Positions 49,962 to 63,685 of a DNA stretch of 64,000 nucleotides are shown in pieces. This stretch comes from Convolutriloba macropyga (taxonomy: Eukaryota), in assembly GCF_964194025.1 (NCBI RefSeq), contig NC_134478.1, positions 5,704,001-5,768,000 on the forward strand. The letters are read 5' to 3'. A model generated the notes under the pieces. That model was given only the letters and a program-made list of their open reading frames with translations, ran no database searches and was not told where the DNA came from. How positions within the stretch are numbered: the stretch's first letter is position 1; each line of letters starts with the position of its first letter. Made by a program: the position numbers and the translations under genes.

Positions 49962-50377
49962 ATGGCGTACCAATCACACAAACAAATTGGGATACTTTCC
50001 ATAAAAAATGGAACCCGACTACGAAAAGCGTACTCAAAAGCCACACTTCAGATGGAAGCGCTGGAGAACACATCTTGAATTAGGACTTCTAACTAAAGAA
50101 AGCATTTCTGTTGACATAATCTTGGCGGACGCTCAGCGTACTGTTACTTTACGAGAAGAAACAACTCATGAAACAGAAATTGAAAACAAGACTGCAAAAT
50201 TGGAGAGAGATCATTCGATACCCGATGACAAATGGAATACAGCCTAACAAACAAAATGCCAAAAAAACTAGGGCGGTTTTTTTCTTTGCAAAGGTAAACA
50301 ATGGAAGACGTCTGTTTCAAAATCAGTTTTTTGATGATATCAGTCTGTGTAGGGAGAGCCAACATATTTTTTATTGA
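49962..50377 (+). pseudogene. Gypsy-like gag N-terminal remnant (copy 2)
   Basis: Duplicate of 45956-46370. Confidence 0.5.
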
Positions 50378-51958
50378 TCAAAACACCTTGGAAACATGAA
50401 AAAAACAGAAACAAGAACCAATTAAAAACTATGGTGATCTCAAAAAAACCTTAACAAAAATGGAAATTAGGAGAAAAAGAAGATATAGCTGATACTCTCG
50501 ATGCAAACATGTTGACCGCGAACATGTACGGTTAGTCGGTCCAACAGATTATGCTAAAAAAGTGATTGACACAAACCGGATCTGTGCGTCATAATTTTTT
50601 AGTACTGAGTCATAAAATTTCCATTATGATTTTTACTATGACAAGAGTTCTGATCATGGCACTTATTAGACATTTCATAGAGAAATTCATAGTAAAATTC
50701 TGAAACTCTGGACACATATTCAACCTCCTCTACAGGGAATGGATGGTGGACAAGTTGGATAACCGCGAACCATCACAAGAAGAGCAACAAATATTCATCC
50801 ACCTCCTCGCATTGCAACCCCACTGCAACGTGGATTTGTATCCCCGTGCCCTTGCTGCCTGTTTTGCACGGGATCCCGATTTTTTCGCCTTCTTTCGAGA
50901 TCCGGACAATCACGCAGCGGATTTTCAGTTCGAGTATCGAACGTAGGCCACAGTCCTACAACACACTTCGGGCTCACAGTCCCACAAACTCAGAGACTCA
51001 CTGTTCTCACAAAGAACTCACCTTTAAACTTTCTGTTTATTTTTTTTTCGTTTCTCTTTATTTCTACATTCATTTTCAATTCTTTTTTCAATTCTATATA
51101 TCTTGATCATATTTCTTTTCCACAAGACTGAAGATTGGGATTAATTCTTTTCTTCTTCCTCCAGGTCGGGACCTAATATAAGAATGTATTAAATTTAACT
51201 AATAGATTTATTAGGGAAAGTAGGTCACACAGTAGCTAAGAGATGGATTTGCACCAGAAAGTAAGCTGGTAAATCCGACTGGTTCAAAACTTGTACCAAG
51301 TGGAGATAAAAAAATCTCCTCCTACAAACCAGACAGAGACTACAGACTAAAAGCGATCCTCCAACTGGGAACAAATCATCACTAAAAGACAGTGAGAGCA
51401 GTTGGACACTCTAAACAGGACTGGTTAGTGGCCAGCACACCCTTTAACTGGCACACTCACTGGTTTCTACAATTAGATGAACTCTTCACTGCCGACACTA
51501 GTCACTACTTCACTGACAGGGATTCCAAACGAAGACACAAGTCACAACCCACTTCAGAGAGGACACAACTCATCACCTATTTTACCCTATCTTTCAACGA
51601 GGATGACACATTCAACGTATTTCTGCTACACTTCGGAAATTCGAATTTGAAACTCTCAACCCCGGATGGATGTAGCAGTAGAAATACTGAATGTACACCT
51701 TCAACCAGTCAGAGACTAAGAAGACACTATTCTCTTTTATATAGAGAGAACTAAACTAACTGTAGTCATTCTATTAGTTAGATACACCATGTGTATACCA
51801 TTGACTCCGGTGCTATACTTCTTAACAGCCGCAATAATAGAAGTTTACTCTCAGTGTTTTACAGAGTCGGTTAATCTTAGAGTTATAGGTAAGTCTAGTT
51901 CGCGCGCAGAAATAAGTAACCCTAGGTCTTTATACTTTAAGGTTGTAAAAGGAGCCCA

Positions 51959-52152
51959 NNNNNNNNNNNNNNNNNNNNNNNNNNNNNNNNNNNNNNNNNN
52001 NNNNNNNNNNNNNNNNNNNNNNNNNNNNNNNNNNNNNNNNNNNNNNNNNNNNNNNNNNNNNNNNNNNNNNNNNNNNNNNNNNNNNNNNNNNNNNNNNNNN
52101 NNNNNNNNNNNNNNNNNNNNNNNNNNNNNNNNNNNNNNNNNNNNNNNNNNNN
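51959..52152. other. Assembly gap or masked run (194 N)
   Basis: Run of n at the homologous position in duplication copy 2. Confidence 0.99.
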
Positions 52153-53772
52153 TGTCATTCTTTGCAGGTACTTTGCCGCGATTTTTTTTTGTAATTATGC
52201 TTAATTGTAAAAATTGCAGGTAAATTTGCTTATAGTCATTTTTGCTTAGACAATTGCAACAAATATCTGATAACCAATAGCCTGATAACAAATAAAAATT
52301 AGTACTGAAATTTGTACTTAAAGGGTCGTTGTCAAAATTGTTAAGTCTAGTGTTTCATGAAGGTTTAACTTAAACTGCGAGTAATGAACCCTTATGATCG
52401 CTGGAATATTTGGAGGCCGTTCAGATTATTGATGATCAAATAATTATCACAATTTTACTGTTTATTTTATTTCATTCGAGATGCTGTTTGTAATTATACT
52501 GCAATATTTAATTTCTACCTTTGCTTCTATTGAAGGTTTGTTTTTTGTGCTTATTCCCTTGTTTTCCCGAAGTAGGAGATTAATTTCCTCCTAAAGTTTA
52601 GCCGTGGGTTTCTTCGTAGTTGTGTTTCAAAAATGATCAAAAGTATTATCAAAAATCTTTTCAATTTTACTCCCAAATTAACGATCTAAGAAAAGCTTTT
52701 TGCGCAGTTCTTTTTATAAATTGTCGATAATTTTACATCCTAATGTTTGTAATTACATCCTAATAAAATGACCAGAAAGGATCAGCAGGGAATGTCATAA
52801 AAGCCATGAATTCTTATAAGATTTCCAAATGATTTAATGGTGTAATTTTATTTTTAAACGCTTTTAAGTTACTTATTCTTACATAAATTAATTTCTGGCG
52901 CAACCAGTCAAAAAATTTGTAATTTTTTGTTTCTAAAATGAGATACGAAATGCTGTTTGTAACACGCGCAAATCTTGGCAGCGAACGGCGTTGAGTTGTT
53001 TTTGTAATCGCTTTAAACACATTCAATGCATTTGTTACAATCTTACACTGCAAAATGGCCCGGAGGTGCATTTATAATAACTGAGGTCAAGTTCGGGTTT
53101 GACAAGTTAGGGTTAAAATATTAAGCTTTACTGATTTTTTCGTGGCTATCTCTTCACTAATCGTGTTCGCTCTTAGTACGTGACACAAATAAATGAAAGA
53201 CATTTCGTAAAATTGTTTCAGCAGCTCGTGGGTCAGTCAACAGGAATCGAGAGTCGCTCGATTTTGTCCTCCCAGACCACAAAGAAGAACTCGGGCGAAA
53301 ATGTTTACAGTACAGGTAAGAATCAAATTTTGCAACCCACTCGAGGTCTCTTATTTTTCTCTACTTAGAGATGGCTTCCTCCCAAAAGGGTTCAGCGGAG
53401 ATAAGAGAACCTAGGGTACGATTTCGTCAGTCACTAAGCGTTCGAGGCAGAGACCTTAGTTCGAAAGATTGAATTTAGTCTGAAACAAGTAAAAGTCTTC
53501 ATTTTTTGCACTAAACTTAGTGTTAGTGTCCTAATTTAGGACAAAGTTTAGGGCAAAAAATTAGACTTAGTTAGAGATCTTACTTTGACACTTGAATCAA
53601 ACCGATATAAATAATCAGATGCTTAGCTATCGGAGATGGAGACATTTGGATTGTTTTAACTCCTGTATATTTTTAAGATAAAGACTTTTCTTTCACTACT
53701 CTGTAAAATTGTACTCTTAACTTTAATTTCATATGAAATTCTACAGTTTCGTACCCCTTGGTTATCTAAACA

Positions 53773-53865
53773 CAAAATTTTAGTCTCCCCGGGTCTTGAG
53801 CCCATGACTCGGGCGCAAGCACCCTCATGTCAGGGCACTAAGTCCCGGGGGCGACTAAGATTTTG
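53773..53865. repeat. GC-rich imperfect palindrome (MITE-like hairpin)
   Basis: caaaattttagtctccccggg... pairs with ...cccgggggcgactaagattttg. Confidence 0.7.
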
Positions 53866-54272
53866 TTCTGACAAATACGAAACGACGGATGTGATTCCTT
53901 TGCCAAACAACAACGGAATTTGAACTTACCCGAAACAATTTTTATCAAAAAATCACTCAATATAATTATAACTCAAATTAATAATTAATATTATGCTAAA
54001 TAAAATTGAACCATACTCAAACAATTGAACGATTCTTTCGTAATTGATGTGGAAAACAACTTTTAAAATGATTCAGTTGGTTTCTTTGCGCGAATCAGTT
54101 GTACTTTTTTTGTTTAAGTGGCCAAGATTGAGAAACAATTGCCTGATACTCGAATTAGTATAAGTGCTGCCAGACAAGTTAAATTGAATTGAACAAATGG
54201 TCTGTGAGAACTGTTAGATCCTGTAAGTAAAATTTTGAGAAACGCAGATGATAAGTAGAATTTATGAACTCG

Positions 54273-56036
54273 AGTTTGGATTTTGCTACACGAGATACTA
54301 TTCTCAATTTCGGTTAGCAAAACGCGGCAAAGTTCATTGTTTAAATTATCTACTGAGTTTTAGCTAGCAGTTCGAATGCAGTGCATGAAAATAAAGTTAA
54401 AGCAAAATGTATACATTTATATAATCACTTTTTAAACAAATGTTTTGAAACGGAATTAGAAATGTTCACCATTTGAACAGAAATTAAAACCGCGAAATAT
54501 TGTCCGGCAGAGTGAACTAATGATTAACCTGTCTAGGTGTATCGATAGGTAATTAAAAAAGTGAATCATAAAACGTGAAGCTATGGACTGACATTGAGCC
54601 TTAAGACCTAAATGAAAGGTTTTTTAAATTAAAAAAAATTTTAAAGTATAGTTAAAAACTCAATAATATAAAATTGAATCTTTTCCGTTTGCTCCCCAGC
54701 ACGTTATGCACACCTCCAATCACGTGTTCTTAAATAGTCTGTCTTAATCTAAAATTATTGCTCGTGCGTCTGGGGAGTTTTAATTTTATACTCCCAATAA
54801 ATTGAGGGCACAAACTGAAAAAGTCCAAAATTAGAAACTTCGTAATTATTCACCAGTTATACAATATACAAATATCTTGTAATAATTTATGTAGTTATCT
54901 CTGCACATTTCAAGTTTCAAATTGTTTTAGTTTTTAGATCTATCGCAGCGCAAAGTTGTCATCACTGATCGTTTCAGCCTCTAATACTTGAGGCTTTCAT
55001 TTCTCTTGGAGGCTTTGGACGTGAGTTGCTGAGGTAACCTTCATTAAGATTTCGGGGGCAGCACTGACTAATAAACATTGTTGTAGAGGCAGTTACTAGA
55101 TCGTTGCAGGCAGCTGTCGATTGTGCGTTCTGAGTGCGCGTTTTTGGTTTTTTATTTGCCTATTCTTCATTTGTGTCGTCACCAAAATTTTTTGTCTGCT
55201 TGAGCTGTCTAGTGCTTTGTCTACTGCTTGAAAAATTTGTGGAGGAACAAAAATCATGAGACCATGTTGCGTCGGGCGTGACCTGTTTTTGATGTTGAGA
55301 GTTTTGCGATATAGAAAAGCTGCCTGCAACTTGAGTTGGATTTTAAATCATAGACGTTAATTGAACTTTAGGAACTCACTGAGCAGGAATTTCTCCACGT
55401 TCTGTTGCAACATTATCAAATTTAAGATTTTGCATTCGAATTGTCATCTTCAGCGCTCTTGTGACATTAATGTTGATTGAAACGCAAGATCTTTTTTGGC
55501 AATTTGTGATTGCTGGAGTGAAATCTTTTTAAAACGTTTTTTTTTCACACAGCCGTATTGCTTTTCTGATAGTCTTAGCAACGTTTTAAGATTTTTGTTT
55601 CGGTGTCTTTTCCATTATCTTTGCATGTCTTCTGTCTAGGTATAACTTCAGACCCGCATTGCGATCCTTTTGAGAGTCACATTTTGTTTTGTTGGAATTG
55701 CCAACGGTAACTAATTTTTTTTCGAGTTCATTTATTTCGTTTTTCGTTTGTGTGGTCTTACTGAATAAGGATATTGGTTCCAGTGTCTTACATAAGCCCT
55801 TCAGCCTCTTTATCAGTCTCCTGACTTGGTTTTTTCTAACTAAATTGACATGAATGCTACGTTTTTTTTTTCGCGTGCGAGGTCGAGATGCTTTTATAGA
55901 TCGTATAAGTCTTGGCGGGTCATCTGTTGAAAGTCTTTCTCGTTCTACAGCTTTGGCAGTTTTGGTGTACATCATTTTCGCAATTTGGGCTGGACTGCCT
56001 GCTCTCGTGTCTGCCTCTTGTTGTAGGGCCTGGTAA

Positions 56037-56089
<53 letters not shown>

Positions 56090-59000
56090 ACGGTATCTTC
56101 GTCTAAACGATGATTAACTAATTTGTCGTAATTGATCGTTAAGATTGATTCGAATTTATTGAATTTTTGAAATAAAGATTTGTGATTTTTGTTTGGTATT
56201 TGGACAATAATTGTGAACACTTGATAGGCTCATTTTCCTAATTCTTGTGTTATGCCTTTTTTGAGCCAGTTCGAGAGATTAGTTGTTGATAACTTCATTT
56301 GCTACTACTATTTGCGTATGGTATTTTTATTTGTTCACATTGTTTGCGTTTGCGGTGTTAAATTCTTTCTTGCAGATTAATTGTTGTAAACTGCCGTTGT
56401 AAACAGTTAATTGACAGGTGATTATGTAGAGCAGAATTACTTTTACAAAATGAATGTAGATTCGGCGAAGCGAATGCATTATCATGTTTGTTAAAAGCTT
56501 TCTTTGTTTTAATTGATTTTGTACTGCGAATGCGTAATCTGGTTGTAATAGATGATTGTGATATGTGTTTATAGGAGATCAACAGCTTAGATGATTATTG
56601 TTCTGTGATACGGTTTTGATTAGATTATTTAATTAATGATTTTGAATGTGATCTTTTATTTGTTGAAAAGAGATTCGGATTTTTGAGATCGTAGCTGCGA
56701 CAAAATGGTTGTCATAAGAGCAAATATTTTTAGTTTTAGCAAATGGATTATGTGAAATGCAGTCCAAGGAGCAGTTTTTGGTGCCGGCCCGGTGTCCTAT
56801 TATAAAATTAAACGGACAGAGTCTAACTATTCATCTTGTTACACGAATCTTATCTGAGTTTTTTATCTGAGATTTTTATTAAAGGATAATATTATCCTGT
56901 GCTTGGTTTTGACTTTGAACTGCTGGTCACATAGGAAATAATTGGAATAGTTTAAGGACTAGACAAAATCCAAATGTTCGCGTTCATGAACAATAAATCA
57001 CTTTTCCGTAGAATGATAAACCGTGAGGCATAATTGATTGGTTTTCAGCCATCTTTTACATTTTGTTCAATAAAGAGGTAGTCTACCGGTTTTTGGGATA
57101 CTACAGGCATATCAATTAGACCATAAATTCTTGTTTTCAGTGATGTTCTTGTTGTTTTTCTGCAAATGATTTTCAAAAATTACAATGCTTAGACGTTTCT
57201 GAATGAAGTTTGAGTTGCCTATACGCGTTTTTTAAGTCTATGTTTTACCAATACGCTATTCGCTCATTCTTTGTTTCGGTCAATTTCGCAATACTGAATC
57301 ATAGACAAACTCGAAAAGTTGGCATTTAGTTTTTATTTTCGCGAAATGCTTTGTTGAGAACGTTAGAACCCAGAGCTAATTTTTGAAGAGATTTTTCTAA
57401 CCTTTAAGAAATATAGAGAAATGAAATTTTCGTCAAAAAATTTTGATAGTTTGTCAATATGGCCTTCCTTTCGGAGTTAGTAGGTTTCTTCCTTGATTTT
57501 GGTTGATGATTTCTCAGAACTCGTCTCCCTTTCTGACGTTCTACCCTATAGTAATTATGAAACTTTTATCTAGCGTTGTGTGTTTTTGTATACCAATGGG
57601 CAAAAATAGGTCAGGAAATCGAGAGACGATTTCTTATTTCTTTGGTCAAGGGATTTGATATGAAATTTTTTTGATTGAGATAATTAGTTGTGGTTGCTGT
57701 TGAACCGCTACAATTCCGAGGTCTTTGAAGATACATCAATTGTTTCAACTTTTAGCAGAACTTCGCTGCTTTTCCACTTGTTGTACTCTATTGACGTTTG
57801 GAATTTTTCTATTATTCTGATTATTCCGTTGGAGAATGTTTGAGATTTTTGTCGTGTTTGTTTTTTTATCGAGGAAGATGTTGTTGATTCCTCGAGAATT
57901 TAATTCGCCAGATACTGCTTACGATGCTACAAAAACCTCCTGATTCTATCATTGCAAAGCAGTTTGTTTTTCCAATTTGAAATTTTACGTTCATCTTTTC
58001 AATTTCGGTTGCGTGTCACTTGTTGCTGTAGCAACATAGTGGTCTTCCAAAGTTTCAAAGAAGAAATTGTACACTTGTTTGTACAAGTAATTTTAGCTAG
58101 TGATCTAATCGAGACTTCCTTCCTCTTCTTCCTCTTCTTTTCCATCAATTTGATTAACATCTATTTGTTTTTTTCTTCTGCTGTTGTGGTTGTTTTTGGC
58201 TTTCCTATAAAACTTAGCAACGTTATTTGGGATTCTACAATTGTTGTAGGTTGCACCAACTTATGCCACTGTTTCTATATTTAATTTTAGATCTGTTTTG
58301 TACGAATTTACTCGTGTTGGGATTTCGATAGTGCCTTTGCTGGTTGTAACAAACGTTGCTATTTCTACTCTTTGAATTTTTAATATACCCACTCTGCCAA
58401 TTTTTTAAGTTTTGATTGATTCGTCAATGAATTTTTGACCCATTTTCATTTGTAGGTCAGTCTCAAAAACTTTGTCGGGATTGATTTTTTCTTTCAAGAG
58501 TTCCCTTTGCGTTTCGAAGTCAAGCACGTTAGTTATAGATATGCTAAAACTGTACCTGATTATGGTATCTGGCTCGTCACTTTTTTGCAGATATCTGATT
58601 TTGCATTGAGTTTAAGGAAAAACTTCTTGACCAACTCCCGTTTGTTGTTACATTGTGAACTAATGATATCTGTCTTACGCTATGCTTTGAATTCTAGAAA
58701 ATGCTTCTTTCATCGCCACCTAAAGTCACTGATTTGTTGAACGTTGGATTTCAATGTAAATCTTTGGACTGTTAAATGTTCTTCTGCTTTTCGTTCCAAT
58801 ACTAAAGTAAAAAATTGCTGCAGTTGTTTAATCACATGTGGTCCATGATTTGTCTCCGCATGAGAGTCGAACTTCATCACTCATTTTGTAGCGGTTCTGC
58901 CAGATCATCTTCGTTTGTGCGCTCCGTGATATTCTCTCCCTTCCGGATTGAGCAGACGTTCCTTCAATTGTTACCTCATATATAGGTTCGGGTGGGTATA

Positions 59001-59520
59001 CCACGGAGTTTGGAGGTCCTTGGAGCATCCCATCTAATGTCATAGTTGCCTCTGCTACGGCTGTCATCTTCCACTTCTCTCAAATGAGTGGTGGGCTTAA
59101 CGTCGGTTTTTCCCAAAAGGCATTGATACCTGAAAGTGGTTTTTTATTGAAGTCCTTTGCTGACTGCGCCATGTTATACTCTCAAACGCGGATCAGAAGA
59201 GCAATTATTGAGTTAGAATGGAGTTTGGATTTCGCTACACGAGATAGTGCTCTCAATTTCGGTTAGCAAAACGCGGATTAATTAACAATTTAAATTATCA
59301 ACTGAGTTTCAGCAGTTCAAATGCGATGAATGAAAAGAAATGAATTGCAAAATATGTACATTAATTTATTCACATTTCAATCATGCGTTTCGAAACCCAA
59401 ATGGAATTGTTTACAATTTGAACAGAAATTGCGACTGCGATATCTTGTCTGGCAGAGTGAAATAGTGAATCAGCTGTCTAGGTGTATGAATAAGTAACTG
59501 AAGGAGGTGAATGAACAAAA
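54273..59520 (-). mobile_element. Heavily decayed Gypsy/Ty3 LTR retrotransposon (gag, RT remnants, ~300-bp diverged direct repeats at the ends)
   Basis: Minus strand: gag-like PPEPIYEVTIEG...CGDKSWTTCD and FYFSIGT (58780-59070); RT-like QKGRRV, EGHIDKL, IDLKNAYRQLKLH..SKHCNF, YGLIDMP (57100-57550); 54273-54570 resembles 59221-59520. Confidence 0.6.
56037..56086. repeat. (CT)n microsatellite
   Basis: ~25 CT units with one interruption. Confidence 0.95.
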
Positions 59521-60757
59521 TTACAAATATTGAAAGACATCGAAATTAAAGAAAATTAAAGAACTAAATAACTTAAATGTATGTTCATACGACAAGAAAT
59601 TTTGCAAAAAGGAATGAGCACAAATTATGAGAACTGAAACATTGTAATTTAATTGTGTTTTGGTGAAGTGAAAATCCCTACTTTTGAGAGAGTACTTCAT
59701 TGGGAATTTATTGGGAAGTATTAAAATTATTAAAATCATTAAAATCATCATACTAGCTGTAACTCAGTGGCGGGTGAAATTTGATTGCCCAGAACAGGAA
59801 GTTTTACCTGAAACAATTTTTCCAAGAAGGAAACGCGTGTGATTGCATGGGTGATTGCATGGGTTGAACTGATAACAATGATCGTTTATGAACCAAGATT
59901 TTCTAATTAGATAGATCCATCTTAACTTTAAAAATTCTTAATTAGAACGATATACCACCATTTTTGAAATGATGTTAGAACAATAATTTCATCTTCTTTT
60001 GGCTTTGCATTAAGGGTTGTGTTACTTTCCATCCCATTTAGCGGAATGATCAAGATTCAAGATTTCTAGTTATAAATTCTGTGCTTGTATATATTGCATT
60101 TGATTTGTCTATGTAGTAACTGCACGCGTCCAGGGGAGCGTAATTTTTGAAAAATCTTTAGTAGGGGGGGGGGGGGGGGTGATTACGTTTTATGCCTATT
60201 ATTCACGGGGGAGTAAATGTCCTCTGGGGCGGGGAACGGGATATAAAAATGAAATCTTTTTCAGCTTGTACTTTTGCGTGATGCGATACTGGATCCAAGG
60301 AAAGCAGAGTGAGAGAAGTCCAGAAGAAACGGATGTTGAGACATTCAAAGAGATGGTTTTGCCAGTTTTTAAAGAAATCAATTGGTACTCGTTCCAACAA
60401 AATGACAAAACATCGGGTTTGTAAAATAATACATTGAAACAAAAAGAGGAATTAACATTTCTGAAATACAGAGATTAAATAAATAAATGTGTTTCTGCGT
60501 AATCGCAGCGGAGCAGCTTTAGGCTTTCAGTCGGCAGTGTATTAACAGTAGCCTGTTCTCAGCTCTATCTTTTCTATTATTCCCCACATCTCAGACTGTT
60601 CATTTGGTGAGCATGAATGCTCTTTTTTGGTGACTATGGCCACTTTTTTTTGCGTCTGAAACTTTCACGTGGTACCATCATTGCAGACAACATTGGTCAG
60701 GTTGTGGTCAACCTCAAGCTATGGTTAAGTAAGAGCTCATCCTCACACAGACAGCTT

Positions 60758-60819
60758 CACGGAGGCAGGGGATTGAACTCTCAATCATTGGCGTGTGAAT
60801 CACACACCTTACCTCTCGG
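60758..60819 (-). mobile_element. tRNA-derived SINE head remnant
   Basis: Reverse strand CCGAGAGGTAAGG (A-box-like) ... GAGTTCAATCCCC (B-box-like) at tRNA spacing. Confidence 0.5.
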
Positions 60820-63610
60820 AGAATAATATACTAGCTGCAAACAAAGTTTAAGCGAATGTTAAAACATCATCTTCGGCAATTTAATTTTGTACAATTCGAA
60901 AGAAATATTCTTAGCTACTTCGAATTTTTTTTATGTTTAGCAGAACACATCTAGTCTAGATTAAAAATATAGTACAAAAAATTAGAGTGTAAACATTATT
61001 TCTGTCATGCAAAGTTTAACCAGCTGGCCACTTCTCATTTGTCCTAAAATGGGAAAATATTTCCAGCTACGATAAACGGTATTAGTATGGGCTTCCGAAA
61101 CACAGAAAAGGATTCCTTTAAGTATGCTGGGTGGCTCTGCTTGCAATCTGTGACAACTTCCTTTTAGTCCGTTGTCATGTACAAATTCGTACCATGAACC
61201 GTGTAGTTTTACTTGGATTACAAAAACAAATCGGTTTCATAATCTTAGGACACTGGCCAGCGCGATTGAAAATGGATTTGCCTTCGCTCTGATTATTTTG
61301 GCGACCTTGAGTATTTATTTCTATATAAGGGATTTGAGAATGTTACTCTCAAGTATTATGATAAGAAAATTCAAGGCATGCGGCGATTGAGCCAATTAAG
61401 AATTAATTAGAACAATTTTTGTTGAATAAAATACAATATTTCCGATTTGCGACCCGATCCTAGCAACAGTCTGAAATGTTCTGGAGTTTATACAGAATTA
61501 GGTCCCAATTTCAAAGTGACTTTTGGGTTACATAGCGTTGCATAAAACACGTAAATTGCAGGTTTCAAAGTTCCGGAAAATTATCAAAGGCAAATTTTAG
61601 CTATGTATATGGGAACGGCGGGCATTCCAACTCCTAATACTGAGAAACTTCAACATTTGATGACTTGCAAGTGCAAATGCTTGTTAAGATAGAGTTGAAG
61701 AACGATAAGATGATATTGTACCAATGCTTCGATCATGGTACCAATGTTTTCATGTACCAAACTTTCATTCCTGCGCATTAGGAAAGATAAACAACCCGGC
61801 ATTCAGAACGAAAACAACGATACGTGTTTATCAACACCGCCAATGCAACGCACCCAAAAAAAATCTCGTGCTAAGATTAACAACTTATTAGTATTTACAG
61901 TTGTCATTTCTACATAATAAGGTTGTATTAGTTTAGGCCCAAATCACATTGCAGAGACTCAAGACAGAAAATTTTAAATGTTCATTTTTTGCACAGACGG
62001 TCCTGATGTAATTAATTTTTAATAAACTGCCTTTTGTCTGTAACAGACAGTTGCACTGAGGAATTGTTCGTCGAGTTCAATAGAAAAGAAGTAGATTGTT
62101 TCAGGGGAAAAACAACATAGTCCAAAACGCCCATACAAAACTACAAAGGGCAGTGGTTTTTGAAGAATGAAAAACAGATATTAGGCGCATCTGTGGTCAT
62201 TAATTGATTATTTTTGTTTTCAATTTTTTTTACTATTTATTGATACCAAATAAATATTCCATGCGATAAGGAAATTCTCTCATATTTATTGGCTTACAGG
62301 AAATTTATGGACTCACCATAAATGTGGACGTGTGATGCACTCTATGGGCCTAAAATGGAGCAGAAATTAATTGAACAAATATTTCCAGCAAAATGGGGAC
62401 AAATAATTATGTTGCAGCTCCTAACCACTGAAGACAGCGTTATCTTCTTTCTTATTGATACATTGTCCTGGAAAAACTTCCAATAGCCTTTGAGTTAAAT
62501 CTTCATATTACTGATCATCATTTTTATTTTTTCGTGACAGATTGATAGAAGAAACCGAGAAGCGAAGACACGTATATAGGGATATCTCGAGAAGTCCCAT
62601 GATTAGAGCTTGTAAAATAACAGCTCACTCTCAATCAATTTGCAGTCAGCAATTTTATCAATTTATATTCTCTCAATTGAATTTTTTCTTTCAACCCCCC
62701 CCCTTTTTTTGAAATTGAGACTTTTCGTCTCTTATATTCAGGTCTCAGGCATATAACTTTGCTTTTGATTTGTTTCTTTTTCAGATTTACCTTTTACGCA
62801 TAAACAGATACTGTATTTGGTTATATGTAGCAAACCCAGAACATTTTTGTAACTTTTTTTGCACAATATATTGCATTTCGATTATCATATCACACAATCC
62901 GAACGTGAAAGGGAAAAACCCACGAGAAAAAAAGTCCCAACTGATTTTAGATGGGAAACAAACTACCAAGGAAATATACCCCCAATTGACTAGTAAAGAG
63001 TTGCGCTATTACCAATTTGGCGGTACCTCGCTGGCCATGGCCATGCCTTAGCGGCCCGTGGAATTTTATATGAAACTATCACAACCGAAAAAATTTCCGG
63101 AGCGCATCGTCAGAGAGATTCAGTACTGCACCAGAAATTAAATCATAAGGATTTTTAGGTGGGCCATTACTATGTTCAGGTCCGAGATTTCACTGTTTAG
63201 TATAATTTTAATAAGACAAGATGGGTCATCAACTGACTTTTGTCTGAACATGAATTTTGTTAATTCGGTTTGCGGTCTGGGCATAAACAAATTTTGTCTG
63301 CCCTGGTTATGGGCATATTAAAATGCCGCCTGGTTTTGATATGCGCATAGCGTACATAATTACCCGCGCTTTCGTGCTTCTTTTATAGCCAATTATCTCG
63401 CGTCTCTCTCTCTCTCTCCCTCTCGCTATCTGTTTTGATCGTAATTAAAAATACATGCGTATTCAATATATATGAATTTATATCATTTTGCAGAATTTGT
63501 TCTGCGTAAGCCTTAAATTAATAGGCTCTGAAACTATGATTATAACTATATGATTATAACTATGATTTTGAGTTATAGTTCTTCAGTTTGTCGCATACAT
63601 CTAATTAATT

Positions 63611-63685
63611 TGAATTGCGGCCATTTGAATTGCGGCTCCTTGCATTGCTGCTCCTTGAATTGCGGCTCCTTGAATTGCGGCTCCT
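63611..63685. repeat. 15-bp minisatellite, five copies
   Basis: (TGAATTGCGGCTCCT)x5 with minor variants. Confidence 0.92.

Larger units (their letters stand above)
49846..53398. repeat. Copy 2 of the ~3.5-kb duplication
   Basis: ttagcattgatagttcaactt ... cccaaaaggg matches copy 1. Confidence 0.95.

Noticed and set aside
47781-52291. ORFs spanning the N runs
   Set aside because: Length is an artefact of unknown bases.
60830-63050. Scattered short ORFs as a host gene
   Set aside because: No recognisable motifs or consistent exon structure.
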